NCBI GenBank assembly: GCA_964405685.1
Contig: CAYOOP010000001.1
Coordinates: 206,922 to 270,921 of the forward strand
Length of the DNA stretch: 64,000 nucleotides
DNA from: an uncultured Rickettsiales bacterium
GTDB taxonomy: Bacteria > Pseudomonadota > Alphaproteobacteria > Rickettsiales > SXRF01
Direction: 5' to 3'
Each line of letters opens with the position of its first letter. Positions within the stretch are counted from its first letter, which is position 1. The translations under genes were made by a program, and so were the position numbers. The notes below the pieces were generated by a model. That model had not been told where the DNA came from and made no database searches. It saw only the letters and a list, made by a program, of their open reading frames with translations. Below, one piece after another: positions 9,134 through 17,958 of the stretch.

Positions 9134-10080
9134 CACCCTACCCGACGTAATAGACACTGCATGTTAGAACTCTGACGAAACAGCTTCGTCTGTATCATTT
9201 CAATGGTCGTTGCAATCGCCAGCAACACCACATTGTTCGGCTTCAAATACTTGCAATATTTAGCCAACCTCGGGCGATCTGCGCAAGCGTTATGCAGACT
9301 GTGAATCCAAAACACTGGGCTTAAAATCGATGTGATCGCAATCACCTCGAAACCATTTTCTTCCGCCAGTTGCCGAATGCTTTTTTTATCGAAAATAAAA
9401 AAATGTCGCGGGAAATGATAGCCACCCCAGTAGCGTTTTTTGAACAACGCAAAATCCCACGCTTTGGTATCCGGCGTTTCAATCGAGAGAATCCCGCCGG
9501 GTTTTAACACTCCACGCATGCTCTGGAGCGCCACCGCCGGATGGTGCAAATGCTCAATGAGTTGATGCATGAGTGCCAAATCAAACTGAGCGTTCCACCG
9601 CGCGAGATCGGCGGTTTCAAAATTTCCATGGATGATATCAAAGTCTTTAGCACTCGCCGCTTTCGCACCTGCTTCGCTGATTTCAATACCACTGAATTGC
9701 CATACTTTCGGCCCGTGGTTGCGCAAAATATTAAGCAATCTTCCGTCACCGCAGCCAATGTCCAGAACCCGCGCTGCTCTACTGCCGATTAACGCTTGAT
9801 AGTGCTTCACTTTTTTCGCTTCCAAAAACCCACGCACTTTTTTTACGAGCGGTGGCTCACTCGTCGAATCGCTATACGCATAATAGTTGCTGGGGTAAAT
9901 ACGTTCCATCTCGCTAAGTGCGGGCGGGCGTGTCAGATATAGAAATCCGGCGGAAGATTTCGCAACCGGAAACTCCTCTCGCGTCGTCGCATATTCAAAA
10001 TCCCACCCCTGCCCAACCACCGGATCAGCCGACGAAAGCGTTGCAGTTTTAAGCGGAGAAACAGGCGCTTGCGTTTGCAT
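9133..10080 (-). CDS. Class I SAM-dependent methyltransferase
   Basis: Motif I VLDIGCGDGRLL and post-I/II motifs (LMHQLIEHLHHP, LKPGGILSIETP). Confidence 0.85.
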   Translation of the reverse strand: MQTQAPVSPLKTATLSSADPVVGQGWDFEYATTREEFPVAKSSAGFLYLTRPPALSEMERIYPSNYYAYSDSTSEPPLVKKVRGFLEAKKVKHYQALIGSRAARVLDIGCGDGRLLNILRNHGPKVWQFSGIEISEAGAKAASAKDFDIIHGNFETADLARWNAQFDLALMHQLIEHLHHPAVALQSMRGVLKPGGILSIETPDTKAWDFALFKKRYWGGYHFPRHFFIFDKKSIRQLAEENGFEVIAITSILSPVFWIHSLHNACADRPRLAKYCKYLKPNNVVLLAIATTIEMIQTKLFRQSSNMQCLLRRVG

Positions 10081-10943
10081 TATTTCTGCATGATCTGTTT
10101 AAGCAACAACGCCAGAAACCCTTGGCAAAACACCATAAGAGCCACGAGCACACCGCCCACACCGAAATAATATGCCACATGGATCTGCGTTAAAAATGCC
10201 ACCACGAATGAAGCGAACGACAGCAGGAGCAGGAGCACCGCAAGCAGCGTAAACATTTTAATCGGGTTGTAATAGACAATCGCTTCCAAAATATATTGCA
10301 GCGTGCGCAGTGAATCGCGCAGCAAGCGCACCTTGGTCTGCCCGTGCCGCTCGTGATACGCAATCGGCACATAGCCTACGAATTTACCCGTCATCATCGC
10401 CGCAAGCGTAAGCGAGGTGGTATAGCTAAACGTGTCGCACAGCCGGTTTTCATACGCCATCGCAAGCGTGCGGCTAAAAATGCGCAGACCCGAATTAATG
10501 TCCGGAATTTTGCGCCCGGTGGTGTATTCTACCAGAAATTTCAACAACCGCCGCAGGGGCGATTTGATCAGCGATTCCCGGTAGTTCTCGCCCGTCCGCT
10601 CACCCACCACCATATCAAAACCCTTGTCTTGGTATTCCTTGAGCAACACCGGAATCATCTCCGCCGGATAGGTGCAATCGGCATCCATAATGCAAATCGT
10701 ATCGTGCGATGCGGCTGCAATGCCACGCTTGAGCGATCGCCCATAGCCTGCGTTGTGCGGGTTGTTCACCACCGTTACACCTTTGGCGGCGGCCTCGGCA
10801 CCGGTGGCATCTTTCGAACCATCATTGACCACAATAATCTCAGCCGATGCGAGCTCCGTTCCTGCGAGAACGTTTCGAATTTGGTCGATAGTCTGACCAA
10901 TCGCGCCTGCTTCGTTATACGCCGGAATGACGATAGAGATCAT
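10080..10943 (-). CDS. Family 2 glycosyltransferase, polyprenyl-phosphate glycosyltransferase type (Dpm1/ArnC/GtrB-like)
   Basis: ISIVIPAYNEAGAIGQTI, VVNDGSKDAT and IMDADCTYP (DxD) are present. Two C-terminal TM helices follow. Confidence 0.85.
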   Translation of the reverse strand: MISIVIPAYNEAGAIGQTIDQIRNVLAGTELASAEIIVVNDGSKDATGAEAAAKGVTVVNNPHNAGYGRSLKRGIAAASHDTICIMDADCTYPAEMIPVLLKEYQDKGFDMVVGERTGENYRESLIKSPLRRLLKFLVEYTTGRKIPDINSGLRIFSRTLAMAYENRLCDTFSYTTSLTLAAMMTGKFVGYVPIAYHERHGQTKVRLLRDSLRTLQYILEAIVYYNPIKMFTLLAVLLLLLSFASFVVAFLTQIHVAYYFGVGGVLVALMVFCQGFLALLLKQIMQK

Positions 10944-11665
10944 AATTTTTTCACCACAAATACTGCCGATTGCCCGAAAGTGTGCAGCGTCAACACATCC
11001 AACAACCGTGCAAGAGGAACCAAATACCGATCAAACAAAACAAGCTGCCCGTTCACTTCCGGTGCATCGAGCGCACGGTGTTTAACGGCCTTATTGACCC
11101 ACCACCCCACTGCGCCAAGCGCATTAAAATACTGCGCTTTCACCACCACACAACCTTCTGGCACCAGCGCTTTCAAATCCCTCAAGCGGTACCGCTGCAC
11201 ATGCCCGGCGTGCGCATCCAGGCTTGAATAAAGCACCTGAAACGCCGGCACAAAAATGCACAAGTGCCCGCCTGGAATCAGCGTCGCGCACAGGTTGCTC
11301 ACCACGTCGCGATCCTCAGCAATGTGCTCTAGAACATTAAGGCACAATACCGTATCAATCTTCCGCTCGGCCAGCTGAATCGGAAGCCGCGCATCGCGCG
11401 CGTCGGCGTGGAGATAGCTGCTATCCTGATAATGCGCCTGCGCTTGCTGCACCAAGGTTGGGTCAATATCGAGCCCCACATAGGCGGAAGTCTCCGGCAT
11501 ATAATCGCGATAACCTCCGTGGCCAATGCCGACTTCCAGCACCGACGCGCCAAGATAAGGCACAAACGGCGAAAGCACCCAACGCATATAGTTTTTCGCA
11601 TCCCGCATGGCGGGCGAAAACGTCAGGGCTTGCGGTGCACTTGTGTGAGCCAAAGAGACAGACAT
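10940..11665 (-). CDS. Class I SAM-dependent methyltransferase
   Basis: VLEVGIGHGGY and LCLNVLEHIAED...LIPGGHLCIFVP. A later ATG at 11608 (MRDAKNY) would remove the 43-nt overlap with asnB. Confidence 0.8.
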   Translation of the reverse strand: MSVSLAHTSAPQALTFSPAMRDAKNYMRWVLSPFVPYLGASVLEVGIGHGGYRDYMPETSAYVGLDIDPTLVQQAQAHYQDSSYLHADARDARLPIQLAERKIDTVLCLNVLEHIAEDRDVVSNLCATLIPGGHLCIFVPAFQVLYSSLDAHAGHVQRYRLRDLKALVPEGCVVVKAQYFNALGAVGWWVNKAVKHRALDAPEVNGQLVLFDRYLVPLARLLDVLTLHTFGQSAVFVVKKL

Positions 11666-13518
11666 ACCAAGCTAAGAAGTTTAAAACCGTTGTCGCGCTT
11701 GCGATTGTGGTGGTCTTGCCAAAGCTTGTCAATAGCCTGCGGACGAAGATAATGTATCAATTCCGGCGCTTTCAGTTGGGCGTAGGCATAGTCTTTCAAA
11801 TCCTCCAGCACCCAACGCGAGAACGGCGCGTTAAATCCTTGCTTGGAGCGGTGGATAATCTCGCGCGGCAATCGAGATTGCTGACTCAATTTCAGCACAT
11901 GTTTTTTGGTAAACCCATGCAGCTTATACGAAACGGGGAGGCTCGCCGCAAACTCCACCACGCGGTGATCGAGAAAAGGCGCGCGCGATTCCAGCCCATG
12001 CGCCATGCTCGCGCGGTCCACCTTCACCAGAATATCATCGGCCATCCAAGTTTTCATATCCACATACATCGCGCAATCGAGTAACGCCGCCCCTGAAACG
12101 TCAGCAAAATGCGCATCAAAACTCTCAAACGGATCCTGCGCCAACATCTCCTGCTGCCACTCTGGCCGCACCAGCTCCGTAAGCTCGGATGATGTAAACA
12201 AATTGCGCCAAGACACGTGCGCGCGCTTGTTATTCAGCATCATGCCCTGCAAAAATTGCTTGAGCTTGTAATCAAACCCTACCTTCTGGAAACGAGTCGG
12301 CACCCACCGCTCCGCCGCTACTGACGCCGCTTTCCACAGCCACCCAGGTGCCAGAGAAAGCGCACCATGCAGCCGGTCCGCCACATAAGTTTCATACCCG
12401 GCAAAACACTCATCGCCACCATCACCGCTTAATGCCACCGTCACCTGCTGGCGCGTAAACTCCGCTAGTAGCACCGTTGGAATAACGGAGGTATCCGCCA
12501 GCGGATCTTGCGCAGCAACCTTGAGACATCGCTCGATCGTCTCTGCATTCGGCGTCACTTGTGTCGTGTGATGCGTCACACCCAAATGTTCCGCGACCAT
12601 GCTTGCATGCGCCGTTTCATCAAACTCCGACTCACCAAACCCCATGGTAAACGCTTTCACTTGCGCGCGCGGCTGGTGCTCCACCATCGACGCAACGATC
12701 GTGGAAGAATCAAGCCCACCGCTTAAAAATGCACCCAATGACACATCGCTCACCAAACGCAATTTTACACTGTCATCGATCAACGCGCGCAATGTATCAG
12801 CTGCTTGATGCACCGAAGTAAAATTGCGTTTGTGCACCACATGCGGTGCTAATTCCCAATAGCGCTGCGGCGCGACTGCTTTCCCTCGTTTAAACGTCAT
12901 CATGTTTGCCGGTGGCAGACGTTGCATGTTTTTGATGAGCGTTGCCTCACCGGTGGTATACCCCAACATCAAATAATGCCCCAGCCGCGCAGTGTTCACT
13001 TCACGCGTGCAGGCGGGGTGCGCTAGTAACGCCGGCAATTCAGATGCAAACGCAACCCCATCTGGAAGCAGCATGTAAAACAACGGTTTCTCACCCATGC
13101 GATCACGCGCAAGCCACAGGCTTTGCTCAGCCTCATCCCACAACGCAAACGCAAACATGCCGTTGAATTTCTGCACGCATGCTTGTCCCCAACGCTTGTA
13201 GGCTTCAAGCACCACCTCGGTATCACTACCCGTTCGAAACGCCACGCCGTGCTGCATCAACTCGCGGCGGATGTCTTTGAAATTATAAATCTCACCGTTA
13301 AAAACGATCCAATAGTTTTCCGTACTATCGGCCATCGGCTGATGGCTCGCCGCACTCGGATCAATGACCGACAAGCGGCGGTGCCCAAGCAACACGGGCC
13401 CACGTTGAACGATGCCTTCAGCATCCGGCCCACGATGCTGCAATGAACGCACCATCGTCCCAAACACCTCTGCATCCAGCGCACCGGACCAGCTCAACCA
13501 ACCAGCAATGCCACACAT
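11623..13518 (-). CDS. asnB: Asparagine synthase (glutamine-hydrolysing) family amidotransferase
   Basis: The N-terminal nucleophile MCGIAGW and the PP-loop FLSGGLDSS are present. The length is 631 aa. Confidence 0.9.
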   Translation of the reverse strand: MCGIAGWLSWSGALDAEVFGTMVRSLQHRGPDAEGIVQRGPVLLGHRRLSVIDPSAASHQPMADSTENYWIVFNGEIYNFKDIRRELMQHGVAFRTGSDTEVVLEAYKRWGQACVQKFNGMFAFALWDEAEQSLWLARDRMGEKPLFYMLLPDGVAFASELPALLAHPACTREVNTARLGHYLMLGYTTGEATLIKNMQRLPPANMMTFKRGKAVAPQRYWELAPHVVHKRNFTSVHQAADTLRALIDDSVKLRLVSDVSLGAFLSGGLDSSTIVASMVEHQPRAQVKAFTMGFGESEFDETAHASMVAEHLGVTHHTTQVTPNAETIERCLKVAAQDPLADTSVIPTVLLAEFTRQQVTVALSGDGGDECFAGYETYVADRLHGALSLAPGWLWKAASVAAERWVPTRFQKVGFDYKLKQFLQGMMLNNKRAHVSWRNLFTSSELTELVRPEWQQEMLAQDPFESFDAHFADVSGAALLDCAMYVDMKTWMADDILVKVDRASMAHGLESRAPFLDHRVVEFAASLPVSYKLHGFTKKHVLKLSQQSRLPREIIHRSKQGFNAPFSRWVLEDLKDYAYAQLKAPELIHYLRPQAIDKLWQDHHNRKRDNGFKLLSLVCLSLWLTQVHRKP

Positions 13519-15590
13519 TAGGGTGCCACCTTAATCACGCGCACACCTTCAAACTCGGCGGCGGGTTTGATACGCAAGAGACCATCAATTGCTGGCCGTT
13601 CATCGTTAGTCAGATATAAAAACCGCGGATGAATGAGAATGTAATTGAAATGATTGGCCCGCAAATCCGCCATCAGCGACGCCGCATCGGGATAAAGGTA
13701 AAGCGGCTTCGGCATGCCCAGCTTGCTCGGCATCGTGTTGCTGCCGTTGCCGCTAAAGACGATGACATGATCCCCCAAATAGTAATGCCCTGCGATAAAA
13801 CTAAGCACCTTATCGCCGGGTTTTAAAAAGCCTCGCAACCCACCAATAGCCTTACCAAACGCCAATGAATCTTTGCCGCCGTCCGTCGGTGTGTACCAAA
13901 AGCGATGACCCAGAAATTGCTCAAAACTAAGTGTATGGATCAATACGCTCATACTATTGCGCGCGCACATAAACACCACGGGGGCAACCGGCCGATAGTT
14001 ATTGCGCGCGCAAAACGCCGGGACAGCGCTACACTGGAGCAATCCCATGTAAATAGCCACCAACCCCACACTGACCAACCGGCAACGCTTCAAGGCATCG
14101 AAGATCGGCTCCATCATCTGCGCGCCAAACCAAAACAACAACGGATATCCCACCGTAAAATAGCGTAGCAAGGGTTGTTTAGCGGCCCATGCCCCATACA
14201 ACACTGCATAAGCAAAGATAAAACCTACCGTCATCCAGCGAGGGTGATTAGCGCGCGGACGCAGCCACAACCACACCATCCCCACACACGAAAGTGCGCC
14301 GCAAATCACAAACGGTTTTTCGGCCTGCGATTGTAAAGCTTGCGGCGTTTCCCATAAGACGAGAGGAAGCGAAAGAGCCGCTTTAATGCTAGGGGTACCA
14401 AGCTCATAAAGGCCCATGATATACCCGTAAAAATACCCTCGACTATCAAGCAACGGCCCCCCAATGCCCTGACCAAAAATCTCCGTCATATATGGGTAAA
14501 GTGGATTACCGAAGGTCACCCAGTTATACGCATAGCCCGGCACCGCAACCAATAACGCAATACTTCCCCACAGAACCAAAGCAGAGATTTTTTCTCTGTA
14601 CGCCCCCCGCGAGTGTGCAACCGCAAGCGCCACGAGTACAAAGAAAACCGCGCCTGCCATCAGGTTCATGTAAGAAAGACCGGTTAAAAACCCCACCGCA
14701 ACCGCATTCAGTACCAACCGCACACGTCCACGACGACATACATAGTCATGCCAAGACACCAACGCTAAAATGGAAAAGGTAAGCGACATGCCATCGACCT
14801 TGGCCGTACCAAACACAAACTCCAGTTGTTGATGCATGGTCGCCAGCACCAACGTCGCAATCGTGGCAGAAATAATGCCGATGTTGCGCGCGAAATAGGC
14901 AAACATCAGCACTATTCCCGCAATGGTAATTGCCACCAACCACACTTGGGTAAGCGTGCTCGAAAACAAAGCAAACCCATAAATCATCGGCATAAAGCCT
15001 TGCTTGGCCATATTGCCCACCGCATGGCCAACATCAATCAACCCGCCGTGATTCCAGAGCAAATTGGCAGCATTCAAATAGCTGGTGATGCTGTCGGTTT
15101 CGGTAGTTGGAACCAACGCGATCACCACCGCCGACATCAAAATAAGGGCGAGCAAGATATGCAGCGTCAACAGCAGCAACCTACCCGCACTGTCATCGCA
15201 TTGCCGATAGATCGCCCCGAGCAGCTGCTTGCTACTAGCATAAAGCACGGAGAAATAACGCCCTCGCGTTAGCACCACAGCCAACACTTGCAAGGCGACG
15301 ATAGTACCCAACGTCACGGGGTTGAGCGCGCCAAAACACGCCAGCACCAACATAGCCCAAGCAATCACAGCAACGCCAAACAGAAAGCTATAGGGCGCTA
15401 AAAATTCTGATGTAAACGCAATGTTCCTATTTGCCTTATACAACAGGCAACACCCCGCATAGGCCGCAAGTACCGTGAGTACACATGCGAAGCCTAAGGC
15501 GATGAGTCCCTGGTGTAAAAAATAAAAATGATACGGCATGCGTTTGACAATCGTGGTTTTCACCACTAGCAATAATTGCATGGTTTGCAA
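13518..15590 (-). CDS. Large polytopic membrane protein with a C-terminal soluble domain; possible GT-C-type glycosyltransferase
   Basis: This is a 690-aa ORF with about 12 or more hydrophobic segments by eye, followed by a roughly 150-aa non-hydrophobic tail. It has a 1-nt stop/start overlap with asnB. Candidate starts are TTG 15590, ATG 15581 and ATG 15539. The function is inferred from context only. Confidence 0.6.
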   Translation of the reverse strand: MQTMQLLLVVKTTIVKRMPYHFYFLHQGLIALGFACVLTVLAAYAGCCLLYKANRNIAFTSEFLAPYSFLFGVAVIAWAMLVLACFGALNPVTLGTIVALQVLAVVLTRGRYFSVLYASSKQLLGAIYRQCDDSAGRLLLLTLHILLALILMSAVVIALVPTTETDSITSYLNAANLLWNHGGLIDVGHAVGNMAKQGFMPMIYGFALFSSTLTQVWLVAITIAGIVLMFAYFARNIGIISATIATLVLATMHQQLEFVFGTAKVDGMSLTFSILALVSWHDYVCRRGRVRLVLNAVAVGFLTGLSYMNLMAGAVFFVLVALAVAHSRGAYREKISALVLWGSIALLVAVPGYAYNWVTFGNPLYPYMTEIFGQGIGGPLLDSRGYFYGYIMGLYELGTPSIKAALSLPLVLWETPQALQSQAEKPFVICGALSCVGMVWLWLRPRANHPRWMTVGFIFAYAVLYGAWAAKQPLLRYFTVGYPLLFWFGAQMMEPIFDALKRCRLVSVGLVAIYMGLLQCSAVPAFCARNNYRPVAPVVFMCARNSMSVLIHTLSFEQFLGHRFWYTPTDGGKDSLAFGKAIGGLRGFLKPGDKVLSFIAGHYYLGDHVIVFSGNGSNTMPSKLGMPKPLYLYPDAASLMADLRANHFNYILIHPRFLYLTNDERPAIDGLLRIKPAAEFEGVRVIKVAP

Positions 15591-15607
15591 TCGTTTAAAG
15601 TGGCCCT

Positions 15608-16621
15608 ATGCCTGAAACATATCTCGTTACCGGCGCGGCCGGATTTATTGGCCACGCACTTGCCAAACGCCTGCTTTCTGCGGGCCATCGTGTCATCGGG
15701 CTGGATAACCTCAATGCTTATTACGCTGTTAGCCTCAAACAAGCGCGGCTCGCCGAGCTGACGGCGCAATCGAATTTTACCTGGATTCACGCCGATATTA
15801 AAAATAGCGAAGCGCTGATGGAGGCGTTTAAAAACCATCGCCCAAACGCAGTGGTGCACCTAGCCGCACAAGCGGGCGTACGCTACAGCATCGACCACCC
15901 ACAGCTTTATGTCGACAGTAATATTGTCGGGTTTTTAAACGTGCTGGAGGCTTGCCGCCGCCACCCTGTGAACCATTTGGTATACGCCTCTTCGAGTTCC
16001 GTCTACGGCGCCAACCGCACCATGCCCTTTGCCACGTCTACACCAGCCGATCACCCAGTCAGCCTTTACGGCGCTACCAAAAAAGCCGGCGAAGCTATCG
16101 CCCATAGCTACAGTACACTCTACAATATTCCCATGACAGGCCTGCGCTTTTTTACCGTCTATGGCCCATGGGGCCGCCCGGACATGGCCTATTTCAAATT
16201 CGCCTGCGCGATGTCGCGGGGAGAAGCCATTGATGTCTATAACCGTGGCGATATGCAGCGCGATTTCACCTATGTCGACGATATCATCGAAGCCATTACC
16301 CGTCTCATTCCACGCATTCCCACCGCTGCCACAACACCCGATTTGGACCACAGCGCATCGGGGCCGCACCGTCTTTACAACATTGGTCATCATACCCCCG
16401 AACCGCTGATGAAACTCATCCGCGTGCTAGAAGAAAACCTAGGCTACAAAGCCAAAACCAATCTGCTGCCCATGCAAGCAGGCGATGTGCCCGCCACCTG
16501 GGCGGATGTTGAACCGCTTAAAAAAGACATTGGCTTTGCACCCGCGACTTCGATTGAAGAAGGTATTCGCCGTTTTGCAGAGTGGTTTAAAGCACACCCG
16601 CAGTTCCACACGCTTGCTTAA
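15608..16621 (+). CDS. UDP-glucuronate 4-epimerase (NAD-dependent epimerase/dehydratase family)
   Basis: LVTGAAGFIGHAL, HLAAQAGVRYS, YASSSSVYG, YGATKKAGE and GLRFFTVYGPWGRPDMA are present. This pattern is highly characteristic of LpsL/Cap1J-type epimerases. Confidence 0.85.
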   Translation: MPETYLVTGAAGFIGHALAKRLLSAGHRVIGLDNLNAYYAVSLKQARLAELTAQSNFTWIHADIKNSEALMEAFKNHRPNAVVHLAAQAGVRYSIDHPQLYVDSNIVGFLNVLEACRRHPVNHLVYASSSSVYGANRTMPFATSTPADHPVSLYGATKKAGEAIAHSYSTLYNIPMTGLRFFTVYGPWGRPDMAYFKFACAMSRGEAIDVYNRGDMQRDFTYVDDIIEAITRLIPRIPTAATTPDLDHSASGPHRLYNIGHHTPEPLMKLIRVLEENLGYKAKTNLLPMQAGDVPATWADVEPLKKDIGFAPATSIEEGIRRFAEWFKAHPQFHTLA

Positions 16622-17904
16622 GGCGTAAGACCACTCAATACGTCACTCACCATTTTAGGGTCGTATTGGTGGTGGTTTTCATTACGAATCATGAACTGGA
16701 TGGGCAGGTGTTTTTCTTCGACCATGACCTTAAACGGCACCGCTGATTCCTGGTCGAAGCAGCACGCATCCTGATCGTTATACACCAGCGTTACGGCCAC
16801 ACGGCTGGCGGCTAATTCATCCAACTCGTCCATCACCCGGTGTTTTTTACGAAACGATGCAGAAACCTGTTCTGCATCGCCAAAGGTTTTAAGCGTAAGA
16901 CCCAGATTAGCAGGCATCACCCCGGCTACCAGCACGCAGCGATTCAGCACATCTTTAAGCACCAGGCAGGTGTGGAGGCCAATGGTCGCACCGCCTGAAA
17001 AACCGAGATAGTTGATGTCTTGATATTCGCGCGCCATCTGCGCTACCGGCAGCACTGCGCTGTCGATAAAAAAGCGCATGTAGTGGGAAGCGCCTGTATC
17101 GAACAATTCAAACAACTCATGCTTTTCATCCATGGTGTTTAAATCGAGCATCGCCACACCGTCGTAGGTCTTTACCCGCATGGGCTCGCGGGTGTTGCTG
17201 TTGAGGCCCAGAAACGGTAGGGAGGTCACCAATATATCAGTGCCGGCGCGCAGCTGCATGTCAAACAACTCAGCGGCAAAAGGCGCTGCCTCGTCCGACA
17301 AATCGGTGTGGCCCTGGTTATAAATAAGCAAACGTTTCGGCGCTTTCTTGCCGTGCTTGGCAAGAATTTTCACGGCATAGGTGTCAAATTCAAAATCCCG
17401 ATAGTAGATACGGTAGCAATGTTTTTCATATCCAGAAAAATGGTCGAAAAACTGGCGCGCAAGGCCCGGGCAATAGCTAGCATCAGAGACCAGCAAATAG
17501 GGAATATCGCTGTAAAGATAGGCCATGCTATTGGGGCTTTTTACCAATTGCTCGAGCACCGTCTGCGGGGAAATAAAGGAGTGCGCTTCGAGATCTTGCC
17601 GCCGCGTCTCCTCGGCCTGCTGCGCCTGCGCCGGTGAACGCCCGGCGAGTTCTATTTGTTTGATTTGCCGCTCGGTTTGTTGCCTCGCCTCTTTTTCTCG
17701 CAGTTCCGCTGCATGCCGCGCATCGTCCTCGGCAATTTGTTGTCCATCCGACATCATCCATTGATGAAAACGTTCGTAATGGCCGCTGCCGAACGGCCAG
17801 CCCTGCGAACGGTCCTGATAGGCACCGACGAAAAATGCAACCACAAGTGCGCCCGCAACAATCAGCGTTTTCAGTAAAATTTTTTCTAAACGGCCATCAA
17901 ACAT
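16618..17904 (-). CDS. Membrane-anchored alpha/beta hydrolase-like protein
   Basis: An N-terminal TM (LLKTLIVAGALVVAFFVGA) is followed by a charged coiled segment and the nucleophile-elbow motif GFSGG. The gene lies 54 nt downstream of tpsA on the same strand. Confidence 0.6.
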   Translation of the reverse strand: MFDGRLEKILLKTLIVAGALVVAFFVGAYQDRSQGWPFGSGHYERFHQWMMSDGQQIAEDDARHAAELREKEARQQTERQIKQIELAGRSPAQAQQAEETRRQDLEAHSFISPQTVLEQLVKSPNSMAYLYSDIPYLLVSDASYCPGLARQFFDHFSGYEKHCYRIYYRDFEFDTYAVKILAKHGKKAPKRLLIYNQGHTDLSDEAAPFAAELFDMQLRAGTDILVTSLPFLGLNSNTREPMRVKTYDGVAMLDLNTMDEKHELFELFDTGASHYMRFFIDSAVLPVAQMAREYQDINYLGFSGGATIGLHTCLVLKDVLNRCVLVAGVMPANLGLTLKTFGDAEQVSASFRKKHRVMDELDELAASRVAVTLVYNDQDACCFDQESAVPFKVMVEEKHLPIQFMIRNENHHQYDPKMVSDVLSGLTP

Positions 17905-17958
17905 GCCGTCAATTGGTAGTGACTGGCATCTGCATCGTCAACGGGTTTTGCGTAAGGG

